Source of the DNA: Marsupella aquatica
Taxonomy: Eukaryota > Plantae > Marchantiophyta
Direction of reading: 5' to 3'
Assembly (NCBI GenBank): GCA_973895155.1
Contig: OZ316896.1
Coordinates: 19,766,754-19,830,753 of the forward strand
Length of the DNA stretch: 64,000 nt
Shown: positions 43,146 through 56,899 of the stretch, one piece after another
How positions within the stretch are numbered: the stretch's first letter is position 1
Layout of the letters: the number at the start of each line of letters is the position of its first letter
Notes under the pieces: generated by a model
Seen by the model: only the letters and a program-made list of their open reading frames with translations
Databases searched by the model: none
Told to the model about the DNA's origin: nothing
Made by a program: the position numbers and the translations under genes

Positions 43146-46100
43146 TTATGTTACTCCAGGAAGACTGGATTGACCATTACTTGAACCTGTATCCTTTTGG
43201 TCCGGATCAAAATAACAGTCTAAAATTGACAATTGTTCTAAAGCACCAAAATCAGCCTTTAAACCCACAAACGCACTTCCCAATCTCGCACATCTCGCTT
43301 GAGGCCAATTACATTGTTCCCTAACATTTTGAGAACTGCAGCTTACAGCATCATCAGCACCACAAGCTCTTCTTAGATGAAATGCTGCACTGTCTCCTTC
43401 CATCGAAACAGAGACAGACAGTTGCTTCCCTAGTTCATCTTCGTCTTCCCCCTCAGCTGCCCGTGGACCTTGATCTTCTGATGCGGAGTCCGGATCATCT
43501 GAATCATCAAAACTCTCCTCATAATTTACAACGCCTTCAGAATAGTTCGCAGACTTGGCCTTGGAAATCCGAATTTTGCAGCCCATTGCATCTAAGACTC
43601 TCTTGAGCGCTGCAGTTTCTTGCTGAGCACGTCCAGCGACGGTCACGGCGGATGTCCGATGCTGCCTCTCATTTTGCAGCTGCTCTTCTAGAGCTCTCCT
43701 TGCAGCTGATACTTCCTCCAATTTCTGTTCTGCCCTCTCCTTTGACTGCAACCATGGCGGAAGAGAAAATGAGACAACATTCACATGGCTGCAATCGCTG
43801 CCTCCTGGTTGGGTTATTTCACAAAGGTAAAGCTCGGTCATTGCTGCAGCTTTTTGAACTAGATTGCATTGAACCCCAGATTCCAAAACAATGATGGACA
43901 GACAAACAGAAACACCATCCACAGAACACCGACTTACCCGTTGCAGTAATGAAAACGATGCTGCCCACACACGAGCTTCGTTCTCAAGGTCCCCACCTTC
44001 ACCCAAACCGGTTGGCATACAACCTCCCATATCCAGATCTGAGGGGCAAGCCCATCTCAGATAAAATTGAGGCCAAAGGAATGGAGCTAAAGATGCTGCT
44101 GGAGGCAAAAGAGCTCCCGTATGCTTCGCAGGATCATATAAGATATTGTAATGTTCATGTTTTGCCCTTCCAGCAGCGCGCTGTTGCTCGAGATATGACC
44201 AGATATCTGGACAACGATCAGCAACTCTTGACTGGACTCGCTCCCTTTCACTGCAAAGAAGCAATCCTCAGAAAAAAACCATGTAGAAAGTAGGAACAAT
44301 TCAGAACCCCGACTTTATAAACTACATTTTTATCCAAGCATCCTGCTGTCACCAAAACCTTCTAGAAAAGGCGCCCGCCATAATGGGCAAATAAGTACTT
44401 GTGTAGCATTGGTACTTGTACATTCCGCTGTGCATGATATGTACTAATTGGAGGTCGAGGCTAATTCTTTACACCTGTCCTAACAAATTGTCCTATTATT
44501 AGCTACCGTCCTTCTCAATTTACACGTTGAGAATTGTGCCGGTCAAGTTTAACTTTCATGGATGAGAGAGCACTGGTGGACGACTTCGCAGATATTTCAA
44601 CCAGGGACACAACTGCAGTGCAATTTGAGGCAGCATGATTGCCCGATGAGAACTGATCCATAACCGATAATATAACTAGAGCTGAATAAACTTACTTGTT
44701 GCAGAGAAAATTACCAAACCGGCAGGAGAGGACTAAATCAACAAGCTCCACAAGAAAAATCTGCAAAGCAGATCAAGACAAATTGCCTAAGAGCAAATCC
44801 AATAACAAAGTGAGAACTAATTATTGAAAGGTACATCTCACACGTACGGAGAAGGAAAATTGCTTCATGAACAGCTGAGTCAAATCATCCAATTCGCGGA
44901 GATGTACCAAGAAACTTTGAAAGCTGAGATGAAAGAAAGAGAGTAAACATACAGATGAAAATTCAAAGGCACGTGGGTACAAGCGTAAAAGTTGCGCGAC
45001 ACAATCTGCCCACTGTCACAATCCGTTCAAGAAGTGAGCTTCAACCAAGATGAAGTTCCCTGCTGGTTTAAGTCAAACAAAATTCCGTTGATCGTTACAA
45101 ACTTTGATAATGACAACGACCTATTCACAGTTTATTTGAGATAAAGATCATTACCTGTAAAAAGACCGGCGAAAAATTACTAGCCAGTGACCCTGGGGAA
45201 TTCGTTGCAACCGAAGATGAAAAAGAAGCACCTGGACCGTTCCTGACTGGAGATGTACACTCTGCTGGGGATGGTCCGAGGACATCGGCATGTAAATGAC
45301 TACCACCAATGCATGTTGGGACACCTAAACGATCTGCAAATGGATGTCCAAATGACAACCAATCTTTTTCAAGTAGTGCCTGTATGTGACAAAAGAGTCC
45401 ACCAAACAAATAAGTCACGGTAAGAAAAGAAACAGCTCACTGCGACCACATTGAATGCTACATCGCATAACACAGCCTTGTTCTTACAGTAGCGAGGGGT
45501 TTTCTATACACGGGAGACCAGCTTAAATGTGGAGCAACAGCTGCGTTCTCGGCATGGTGCCTGCAGCATCTGTAGCTTGTTTTCCCACTTTGGCAAAGTT
45601 GATGTGTGGTACTTTAACAGACACTAGCACCAACCACAACATCAATAGAAATAAATATACGTATGTACTCGACTAAAGGTGAGGTTAAAGGTACCTGAAA
45701 GCCTTGAAAAGTTCGATAATAAGGATCTAGTAGCAGCTCTGCCAGAGATATCAATTGTGAAGTGCGGTCCCATCCATCACTGCACATGTGAATATCTTGT
45801 TAAACCACACCTGCCACTATAAAAGCCTCATTCCATGGCTCACTACTCACCATAAAAGGTGGAACACTAGCAGGTTTTGTGGAATAGTTGCCAAAAAAAG
45901 GTTTTGCAGTCAGCACCTTTTGTGGAGCTCAAAGCCCATTTCTGAACTTCCACTCCTTAGAATGAGAGCTACGGGTTACCCGTAGCCCTTTATGGGGGCA
46001 GGTGTGGTTTAAGCAAACACGCTGACTTAAAAAGGTACATCCCCATAACCTAGCGACCATTTAAGCTCCTCGGAAAAGACTGGGCAATGACGATCATATT

Positions 46101-49100
46101 CTCAGCAGCAACCACAGTGGTGGACAATTGAGACATTAATTCCTCTATGTAGCTAACCCTCACCGCTGCATACCTACGTTACATATTACTAGACTCTCCT
46201 CACGAGCTGTGTCATTAAAAGTAGGTACTCAGCTTTGCAGATTAAGTTTTCGACCATCAAGTATTTCAAGAGTACGAATTGGGACAAGACTTTGAGTCAT
46301 GCAGGTACCTGCAATGTATCAAAACAGAAGCGCCCTCCAGAACTAAGCGCCCAGCAATCCAAGCTGCACTTGATAAAATACTATGTACATGCATTAACCA
46401 TCCACTGTCTCCAAGTGCCGAGACAGCTGCTGACATACTGCTTCGTGTACTGCCTCCCCATGCCCATCCGCCAGCCCTCTACACCCAGGTACAAATGCAG
46501 TGGTAATGTGAACTTAGCTATTACACTCTCGTATTCTCCTCACGATCATCAAACTGTAGAAGCTGTATAAAACAAAACACAATCCATTGCTAGTGCAAAC
46601 GAGCTTATTGCTACCTTGATGCATACTATACTAAATGGCAATCATATCACTCCCGCATCTATTAAGCATTTTCAAACCTTTTGAATTCAAGTAGGAAAGA
46701 ATATTGCAGTGTCCAACCAACATATCACAGAACCTAAGAAAAGTAAACGACTATTACCATCAGTGATGACGAACCATCAGAAGATGCACCTCCATGGAGG
46801 TCCAAGTAATCTCGTAACCGCGTAAAACTATCACGCATCACGTGGATGTTATCTATTCCAAGAAAAACAACCTGAAAAGGAAATCACTAAAAAGTATCAA
46901 ATAACACCCTAAAATCATGACTGAGCAGGCAACTAAACAGGTAACCACAGGTATGCAAATGCGTATATCCACAAAACCCATCATCCATTGCAATAGAAAC
47001 TTCGTTCAGATCTCTTTATACCTCACTATTCAGATAATTCGCAGATGATTCTGATCCCCCTCCCATTGCACCATTCGCTAGAGCATTTTTTCTTGGTCTA
47101 GCATCTGCAATGTACAGCTTTCTGCAGGGAAGAAGAACAATAGTTCTCCTTCAATATATCAGAGCGACTGTTGCGGTTTTACAAAAATCGAACTAGAAGG
47201 AATCGATGTCGTTTCCAAAGTACTGTCCAGAGAATGGATTCCCCACACATCAAGGTCATCTTCCAAACATCCCAAAAATATTAGGCGGTGTAAGACAATA
47301 TTCTGGACTAGCATGTCAGGAACGAAGGGGCCGAGAATGAAACCTTGATTGGGACGAACCGTTTCCCAGTGGTGGGCACAGAGCTGCCACAAGCTTTTCA
47401 TCTGCATTACTGGAGACACAAATGAACCACAACAGCACCCTCAAATCTTTGAATTTTGGGCTATGGTAACTATCTCAACAAGATGTGTCATATAGCTCTG
47501 GTAAACAAAATCTTTGCATTAGAAATAGAAACACTCACTAATTTAAGATGCGTTTTCTCCTTTCCCTCAATCATGGGACGGTACCAAATACCTAAAGAGA
47601 TACATGAGTGAATTGTACCTGCGTGAATTCATCATGATGCCTACCAATGGCTGAGAAGAGCGTGCAAGGACTGCTCCATTTCCTTCAGAGAATCAGAGAA
47701 ATTGCAAAAGTCACAACACATTCATACTTATTACATCAAAGAAACTTCAAGCAAATATAAAATCTCCACTAAAGAGTTGAATTTTGTTATTAGCATTGAA
47801 CGAAAACTGTGATCAAACTTTGCATTTGAAAATCCAATCTTCCCCTCTAAAAAATGGTGCATTACCACCATGTCGCCAAGAGAGGGCTGGCAACCGCCCT
47901 CGTGCACGAAACACTGCTCCTTGTAACACCTCCTCGTCACTGCAACAACCAAACAGATTAGCCACACCGAGACTGGAAGTCCTAACCCCGAAACGAGAAA
48001 GTCATGAACCCTGAAATTGGAAACGAGAGGATACAATTTTTGCTTTTATCTCACAACAAAGCCTTTTGCACTAAAGGTGAACAGACTATTTGGACTCAAT
48101 ATTCCAAGAGATATTATGATGTTCAACTTCGTAGACAATCGGCATTGTGATACCAGAATCCAGAAACTTGCTTTCATAGAGCTGTGAAGCCATTATCATG
48201 ATAAGAGCATTTCACCTAGTTTTGCAGTGACAAGATGTTACTCGCATTTAAGATGAACGAGCATTCAAGGAAATACCTTACGGATGAGGGCACAATCAGA
48301 TGTGATGGATAGGTTGGACTCATAGAGTAGTCTTTATTCACGTCACTGACACGCCATCGCGTGCTCTCCACACGCAGGTCTTTCAACTTGCCAAAGGTTC
48401 CGCTTTTTTTGCCAGAAGCGTGATACCCAGTTGAGGAAATTATCCTGAAGTACTCAACCTGTAACCGTAACCGTACATCACCAGTAGTTGAGGTAGCTGG
48501 CGCGCTACTCGCAAATGCAAAGAGATCCCACCAACGAGAAGGCTTGAGTAATCTTGCGAGAGCTTCGAAGACTGCCCTCCTCTGCAAGAATTTAAAACCC
48601 CAACTTATCATCAGATCCTGAAGTCATGACTAAGTGATAAATTATGTCAATTGGCACCCACTACCTGCCGATTGCCAGAGTGACTAAGCACATATACTTC
48701 CTGATCTTGAGGTAACTCGAGATGTCAAATCACAAAATGCAAGCCTAGCTGGCAGATCTTACAGCAACAGACTCAGCAATAATACAGATGGATACCCTCC
48801 AGTGGCTTTTCAGAACCACATTTAAGGATATGAGTTGCGTATCCTCTTCACCTGTTTAGTCCGTGGGCGGAAACCGTAGACAATGTTTCGCATATCCTTA
48901 CCTGCATAGAGACACAAGCCAACTTCTTAGGAACACAATTGATCGGAACACCTAGGTGGCTGACTATTAATACTGTACTCATTGTAATGTTTACCACCTT
49001 TGAAATACCTCGAAAGCCAGCCTTAGCTATCCAAATCGATAAGTCCATCCCCGCCAGAGGGTTGTACCTAGTGACTCAACTTTTGTTTCTTGCCATTCTA

Positions 49101-50565
49101 ATCAATTACAGAATTGCTGAGTTTGGACAGTTGATAGTAAAGGGCTAAGAACGTGTATTTCAGAAACCTGGAACAAACGGCATGTTATAAAACGTAACAA
49201 CCATTGATTGGACGGCCCCAAATTCAGTGCAAAGACAGGTAGCCTACCAACGACTTGAAGGAGTCGGCGAGTAGGACCACGGTCCCGTCCACGGGAAACT
49301 GAAGGATTGCGCACAGGTTGCTGCTGCAAGGCAAAAGATAGCGTGAAATGAGACGACAAATCTCCATCCCCTTCAAGTGAGAATCCCTTGGTCACAGAAT
49401 CAAGATATGTTCATTGTGAATTATCTGGTGAAACTTTCCGGCCAACACCCTGGGCCCTGGGGATAAGAGGAGAAGACTCACAGCATCAATCCTATACCAA
49501 CTAACGATTGCAGCAATTGCAGATTTGTTCGAAAAGAGTTCAGATCAACATACTATTGGCTTGGTCACCAGCTTCAAAAACTTCTCAATAGTTGACAGTG
49601 GAATTGTCCCCAGCAGCACCAAATGCTTCTGGTTCTCACCCTGCAGTAGTGGCAGTCGTTAGTACACTAACCCAGAAACGACCTCAGAGTAGGACGAAAT
49701 CTGCAAGACCGGTAGATATAATCCAAAGGCAACTGCAATACGTACTATAAACATGAGACGAAAGTTGGTAACTAGCAATGTCCCTGCTACATCCAGATTC
49801 ACAAGCACCACTGCACGCCCCTGTGTCAAGCCACCAAAGTTTAGTTAGACTTCATAAAATATGACTAAGCATAACTTTTAGGAGAATCTTCAAGGATGGA
49901 AAAGGCAGTTTGATCCTCATATTCAATGGTTCACTTCACTACAGTTGCATGCATTACACACCATGCTTGTGACAGAATTAGTTTGTGAGGATGGTTAGCA
50001 CGAGCAATCCAAAAGTTAAATGAGATGATCTTCAAAATGCAAAAACGTTTAAAGGCTAAGAGAAGCCTTTAAACTCAATGAACTCCCTAGCATTGCTATT
50101 TGGCACCAGTATGCTGCAGCGTATGGAGCAGCAAAGAGAGATCTACGTGAAGAATAAAATGCAAATGGAAATTCTGTGGAGAAACACCTCCGCAAGGATG
50201 TCCTCAGAAGGTAACAGAAACTCCTCAAAGTTTTGCGCCAAAGCTACCGGACTCGTCTGCATAATTACAATGGTTTTGGGTTAGTGAATTCAGTCCACAG
50301 CAAATCCCTCCGTTCCTGCCAGTGTACACCAAAACACTGTTTTCATATTTTTCTCAGTGATGCACAGACTACGTGCCAGGTACAGTTCAGGAAAATTGAG
50401 TGGGTTTCGTGCGCTATGATATGCTGAATTTCTCTCCTTCAATTATTAGCATATTTATTCTACTTCGGCATCGTCTTTTTATTAGAGAAATCCCTGGTGA
50501 GAACAAACCTCCAAAGGAGTCCATCCGTGTCCATCTAGCCAGCCTTCAGCTTCAGCTGACGCCAT
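43146..50565 (-). CDS. MTM1: Myotubularin phosphoinositide 3-phosphatase, ~879 aa, 19 exons
   Basis: Exons 50565-50509, 50256-50188, 49820-49746, 49640-49569, 49323-49248, 48901-48852, 48581-48277, 47939-47866, 47682-47619, 47409-47344, 47121-47022, 46871-46758, 46478-46309, 45779-45695, 45379-45155, 45012-44953, 44760-44696, 44250-43938, 43745-43146 (2640 nt). GRAM region ([12 protein letters not shown]), [15 protein letters not shown], intact HCSDGWDRT active site, [12 protein letters not shown]-terminal coiled coil. The start codon is inferred. Confidence 0.92.
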
Positions 50566-51600
50566 GCCGACTCTGAAGGTTGATTTACAGCAAGTTGGGA
50601 TGACCTAAATAGGAAGTTTCGTCTGCAAACCATCACGTCCATGATAAGATATAGGCAAATGATAGCTCTAAGAGCCCAACGACGGCATGTGTGGACGCAT
50701 TCACAACTTCTAATAAGAGGAATCCCGGGTACCATCATATTCATCCTTCATGCTTAACGTTCTCACAGACAGGACCCTCAAATTGACAACAGCGCCTCCT
50801 GTTCCATTCGAACTCCGTGAATGCAGAATATAACTATTGTTCAGGAACAAGTGAATCGATGTTAAGGGTAGAATGCCTGTAACTAGAAAATTGAACGGAA
50901 ACCCTAAACAGAGTGCCCAACAGCATTGGAGATAGGGGAGAGAGGTGCAATTCACACAGGCCCGATGCGCAATCCCTTTCTAGCAACTAACCTGCAGAAC
51001 GAAATCCAAAATCGGATAGGTTCCTGAATTCAATTACGCGGGTGGCAGAAGCCTGAACCACTGATAATTTTCAGCAATGCCTGAAAAAGATTTATCCTGT
51101 CCTAACCTAGAAAGGGTCCTCTGCCCTGAAGCCCACAACAGGCCTTCAACGACAATTGTTTTTTCTCTCCAATTCCCGTGCAGCATCATCCCAGCCTGCC
51201 ATCCCTACCCTATTCTATACATGACGTCCGCGCTCGTTTCCATTCGAACTTCCACTGTTTCTCGCTCCATAGCCTGTCCATGGGCGTCTGTCTATCTACT
51301 CAGTAAGCCTCCTCGTCATGCCTCCGAGCGAAATCAGCAACAATAGAAACGCCCTTCGTCCCTCTCGCCCTCTTCGTCAGCCGGAGTGACGTGAGCAGCA
51401 CCCTCTCACTTCCTTCCGCGAGAAGGGAAAACAAAGAAACCCGCCAAGCCACACACTTCTTCGCGCAATGGTACTGAACCAGACCAACTCATCGTGTCCT
51501 GCACGCCAAAGCAATTCGTATTCTCGTACATTTCGAAGGGATTTTCCTCTTCACCTCCCAATACTCCTCACTCCCCTCGCCTCTCTACAATGCATCTCCG

Positions 51601-51607
51601 TCTCTCC

Positions 51608-51640
<33 letters not shown>
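51601..51640. repeat. (TC)n microsatellite in the myotubularin 5' region
   Basis: TC run with one interruption. Confidence 0.9.
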
Positions 51641-51645
<5 letters not shown>

Positions 51646-51986
51646 GCTCCAAAACTGTGAAGTACACCAAACGAGTTCTGCACTCACCTCTGTTCCACCT
51701 CGATTACCCTGTCCCCTACTTCAGTACTCTGTCTCTGAATCCCTCGCCTCTCGTCAGTGAAGCTTTCGAACTTCAATTCGACTCAATCCAATTCGATTGT
51801 ATTCCAATCAAACACATCAAACATCACATTTCTGTTTCTGCCACTCCTCGTGGCCCTTGCTGTAAAGGAGACAGGGCAGTGGAGAAATCCATGAGGGCCG
51901 AGAAATCGAGAAATTCAGCAACCAGCATGGATGACGACTCGTCGACAAGCAGTCAGGAATATTCCATTCAAGCAGACATAGCTGAT

Positions 51987-53012
51987 AGCTGGCTAACAAT
52001 GCGCAGTGGGGAAGGCTCAGCTTAATTTTTTAAAGTTTTTCTTTTGGCTTTTTGGGTTGGCTTGAATGGAAATTGGTTGGAAATGAGAATGAGGAAGAAC
52101 CCTTATTAGTAGAGTCTCCCCACCCAATAGTGACACTTTCTCTGTAGTAAACCATTTCAGGGTGAGCCCCCACATCCAAAAGAGAGCCACACCAGGAGGA
52201 AGAGAGAATTAAATCAGGGCTACAAAACTCTCCTCACCCAATAGTGACACTTTCTCTGGAGGGAACCCATTTTAGGGTGAGCCGCCACATCCAGCAGAGA
52301 CCCACACCAGGAGGAAGAGAAAATTAAATAAGGGCTACAAAGTGGACAACCAGGGGTCGAGGACATAAGTAGAACTCCATCCACTATCCCACATGACCCA
52401 CCCCACCCCACCCCACCCATATACCCTCCACACACCTGTGTGTGTGTGTGTGTAGGGGGGATTGAAACGGGAACCTCTCAGTTCCAAGTTTTAGCTAGGG
52501 TGTCCAACGTGACATTGTGTCAAGGAATGAATGCCCAGAGTATTTCTTTATCTAATTGCAAGAAGACGTAGCTGGCTAACAATGTGCAGTGGGGAAGGCG
52601 CAGCTTAATTTTTCAATAATAATTTTTTGTTTTAGCTAGGGTGTCCCATGGGTGTCCAATGTGACATTGTGTCAAGGGAAAACGCTAAGAATGTTCCTTT
52701 ACCTGATTTTCTTAGATTAATCTCTAACCATTAGATTTCCCTAGATTTGTGGATAGCAGCCAGATTCTGACTAATGGGTCTGTGGCTAGGCCAGAAACTG
52801 CCTCATGGAAGACTGGCAAAGTTTTGCCAAAAGTGGCCAAGAAATTCAGTGAGGTTCTTTATTGGCTATGGTTTTTTTTATTAATTTATGACCATTAGAT
52901 ATTCCTAGATTTTAGGATAACAGACAGATTCTGGCTAGTGTGGTCTGTGGCTAGGCATGACACTGGCTTAACGGAAAAAAAAGGGTAGTGAAGTTTTGCC
53001 AAAATTGGTCAA
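51987..53012. repeat. Mosaic of local direct repeats (46-bp, ~113-bp, ~38-bp and ~110-bp units, each x2) plus (TG)n
   Basis: tagctggctaacaatg.gcagtggggaaggc.cagcttaatttt at ~51987 and ~52570; cacccaatagtgacactttctctg..gggctacaaa tandem at ~52115-52340; ttttagctagggtgtcc x2; ccattagat..cctagattt..gtctgtggctaggc x2. Confidence 0.8.
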
Positions 53013-53465
53013 AACATCACTCGGAAGGCCTGCTGAATTTTTGCCACGAAAAAACAAACCTAGGGAACGGGCGACCTGAGTGGCTTGAAGAAGACCATCA
53101 ATGAATTCATATTTAAGCTTCTTTCACTTCTCTTCTTGTTGTTGCCAGGAGCCAAGGGTGGCTTTACAAGCCGCCAGCCCCCATTGTCTTCATTTTATTC
53201 ACTTTGAGATTAAACCGGGGCACTATGGAAATGACTAAAGTTGTCATTTTTCAAACTTGGGGGCCCAATCAGGTATGGTTTTGTAAGTTTGTACCAATCT
53301 ACATGGCCAGGAGTGGGCCCAAGTATATGCTCATGTGGAGTACTCATTTTGTCTAGAATTCTGGACCACCTGAGGGAGGTGGTCCAAACATTTGCAAACT
53401 TTGGTTTCATTCAAGGGATTTGCATGATGATTTCATGTCAAAAGATCTTTGGTCAGGAGTTTATA

Positions 53466-53639
53466 CTGGAGAGAGATACTCGATGGACCCCCAAAATGTA
53501 AAGTGTTTCTTGATGGACCCATGAGTGATCCAGACCCTCAATAGATCTCAAATCAATATACCCAAAAGCTCATGGGGTCTCATGGGGTCTATCAAGTAAG
53601 ACCTTTCAATTTAGGGGTCCATCAAGTATATCTCTCGAG
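53466..53639. mobile_element. MITE-like palindromic element (~170 bp, ~55-bp TIRs)
   Basis: gagagatactcgatggacccc..cttgatggaccccatgag is mirrored by ctcatggggtctatcaag..ggggtccatcaagtatatctctc. Confidence 0.7.
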
Positions 53640-53980
53640 TTTATAGTTAGAACAAAGTAAATTTCCAATTTGCTTTGGTGAAAAAAAGTCACAAGTGCCC
53701 CACCTTAACTTCTTGTAGAGCCACCCTAAGCTGTGTACTCATCCTGTTCTCATTATTCACGTGTGCCGCCTAGCTTGGCATGCATGTTGTGGCTTTATGA
53801 GCAACCTTTTTCTTGGGCAAATTTTTGCCAAATTCTTACCCATAAAGTTGTCAGCAACCACTACAAAGGAATATATAAGCTACATATTTTCTCCCTTTCT
53901 TCCCCAGATACTTACATGCCTAACAGTGCTACTTGCCAGATTTAATGCTCCTCCGTAAGTCTTAGAAGATCTGATGGTTG

Positions 53981-54174
53981 AGAAACATCTATCAGGATAA
54001 CAACAAGATATCTCTGGTCCAACCCTCTCTCCCTCCTGGTCCTGGGTATGACCCCCCTTGTGGGCTACCCTACAGAGGTGCATGCTCCGGAGTTGATGGT
54101 CTATCCTCTGTTGGATTGGTCAGCTTTCGGTTTCAAGGCAAAAAAGAAACATCTATCAGGATAACAACAAGATA
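53981..54174 (+). mobile_element. 134-bp insert with short A-tail flanked by perfect 30-bp direct repeats (probable truncated non-LTR retroelement)
   Basis: agaaacatctatcaggataacaacaagata at 53981-54010 and 54145-54174; the insert 54011-54144 ends in caaaaa. Confidence 0.65.
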
Positions 54175-54638
54175 ATTTACCTCCAGGGCAAGTGGAGAGT
54201 ATCCTACATTACCTTCTTCCAATCTTCATGAATAAAAAGGCTACGAGTGAGTGTCTTGGGGATTTGGTTTGGAGATAGGTAAAATAATAGATAAATAGTA
54301 ATATAATCACGATTCAAGTGCACAAAAAGTATGCTCTCCCCATTTTAAGGCTTCAGAGTAAAGGAAAATTATAAATTTTTTGTGACCAAGTAGTAGTTTT
54401 GGTCACACAAAGACCGGATGAATGGTCACCACCTCACTAAGTTTTTCTTAGTAGTAGGGGGGGTGAGTATTGGCCATGGAAGTGATAACTTGCAAGCTGG
54501 AGATCGAGCAAAGAATCTGTCGTCGAAGGCTCTCTTGTTGGTGGCCTTCGCAGTCATGTTTCTCCTCGATGAATTCATCAGACTAGTGCTGTCTGGGTTC
54601 ATATTTGAGTGTGACCTGGTCGATCAAATTCAGAGCAC

Positions 54639-54714
54639 TGGTGACAGTCTTCACGCTGCTCTTTGGTGACAGTCTTCAAGCTGCTCTTTGGTGACAGTTT
54701 TCGAGCTTCTCTTG
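54639..54714. repeat. Tandem repeat, 25-bp unit x3
   Basis: tggtgacagtcttcacgctgctctt and two variants. Confidence 0.9.
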
Positions 54715-56108
54715 CCAGTATTAAACTCGTTGCTGGAGTTGACAAGAGTTGTAAGCCTTAAATGTCATTTGTTGAATAATAAAACGCGCGAGAAAACGCG
54801 CGGCAACCTGTTTCAATGATTACAAACCAGGGAACTTAATTGAGATTTGTTGAATTTACCACCCTCTCACTTTCCCCTCAGTTTTAGAGTGTGTATTTTA
54901 GAAGGCATTGTTCAGAGCTTTAGTTTCTGAACCGCTTTCAAACTGGGTCAACCTGAACAACCTTGAATGAAAACGGCTTCCGTCAGCCATGATTAAGAAA
55001 CCAAAACTGGTGGAGGCGGTGAGTGTACGTAATAGAAGGTTCTATGGTAGTTTGGCAAGCAAACATCATTAATCCAAGCGAATGATTTTTCAGACATGGG
55101 CAGCCGGATCTACATAAGTCAAGGCAGATTCTTTGCACCGATGGTTTTGTGCAAGGTTTTGTGATGTTTGCAAACCGTCTTCTACACCTGTAACGGCAAG
55201 CCCGATTCATTGGTATGCCACAATGCACGACGCGCCAGTGGAGTAAGAAAGCCAAAATTTCATGCTCGACACATTTGGCTGGAGGGCACTCGCGATAGAT
55301 ACAAAGAACAGATTTTTTCTGATGTTTACGATACAAAACCCATTTTCTAACTTGTTCGACAACTGTATGACGATAAACAGAACTCAACCCAACAAACACT
55401 CTGCGTCAAGTCCTCCTCGTTAGAGAACTTATGATGCTTCTTTATGACTTCTCATGGAACTAATTCTCCACAATGTTTTTCTCCATCAGGGAGAAGTAAA
55501 TCAATCAATGGCAAGTGAAACAAAAATTTATAGCAAAAAGAGAAAAAAAGAAGATGATTCTCAGCTACAATGGCGAATGCCGAGCCGTGCACCACTCTAG
55601 ACCTACAGGTATTGGTCTGACTCGACACCACTAACAGTTAATAGGGAAAACCCTCAAAATGAACCAATTCTTCATTGTATGGACTAGACTGCATCGACGA
55701 GTGAAAACACTTTGAGATCCCATCCAAACTCCTGACAGGATCTTCTATAAGACTGACCCGTTTCCTATAATGTTGACATGGCACACCGGTTTGCCAAATA
55801 ATTGCCATTGGCAAGAGACTTAGCAAAGAACGTATTCAAGAAACTCACAATTGAGCGGGCAATTGAGAAACAATAAAGCAATCAATGGGATAAAAAGTCT
55901 CTTGAATTGGGCCCACAAAATTATGTGATTGATGGCAACTTCATCCTCACGGTCAGCAGCTCACCGTCCATGATTCTGATTTCTGTGCGGGAGATTGAGT
56001 AGATTTTATTCTTCCTGAGTTGTGTGAGTGAAGCGATTTTAGAAGATGGATCAGTTTCGTGATCAGTTTCTGACGACTGATTTCTGAAAAATCTATGAGA
56101 ATACCGAG

Positions 56109-56560
56109 CAGGTAAACCATTACCCAGAAATCATGAAATCCCAGCTCATGAAACTCAACCATTGTTCTAGCTCAGTAACAATCAAATGTACTCAATCGAT
56201 AAGAATAATGAACAGGAAAAACATTACCCTGAAATTATCAAATCCCAGCTCACGAAACTCAACCATTGTTTTGGCTCACTAACAACCAAATTTACTCAAT
56301 CGATAAGAATAATGATCAGGAAAAGGATTACCCTGAAATCATCAAATCCCAGCTCACGAAACTCAACCATTGTTTTGGCTCCGTAACAATCAAATGTACT
56401 CAATCTAGTAAGAATAATGAACAGGAAAAGAATTAACCAGAAATTATGAAATCCGAGCTTACAAAACTCACCATTGTTTTAGCTTAGTAACAATCAAGTG
56501 TACTCACTTGATAAGAATCATGAAAAGGAAGAGTTTAACCAAATTCATGAAATCCTAGCT
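56109..56560. repeat. Tandem repeat, 104-105-bp unit x~4.3
   Basis: att(a)cc..gaaat.at.aaatcccagctca.gaaactcaaccattgtt..taacaatcaaatgtactcaatc.ataagaataatga.caggaaaa recurs at 56119, 56223, 56327 and 56432. Confidence 0.92.
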
Positions 56561-56899
56561 GAAACACCAGTAAGAATCAAATCCACTCAATCCATGAGAA
56601 CAGTGAAAAAATAAACTAAGGATCATAAACAAGAAACTCCTTTTGGGCTGCAGGAGCCTACAACTACAGTAAGTATGATGGTCAAATACTCTAGTCATGG
56701 ACGGTGAGGGCAGCCACCTGGGCCCACCCCCGTTCGGGCTACGCAATTAGTGAGGCTGGTCGTACATGAGGTTGACATCTCTTTTTCAGCCTGGAACAAT
56801 GTTTGCCCCTGTCTATTCTTATCGAGTGAACTTATCCTATTAACTTTGGATAGTGAACTGCCCCCCCTTTCATTTCGATGGGGAGACACTGACTGCCCC

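Noticed and set aside
56109-56560. Regular repeat array considered as CRISPR-like
   Set aside because: Whole 104-bp units are repeated without unique spacers, there are no cas genes, and the context is eukaryotic.
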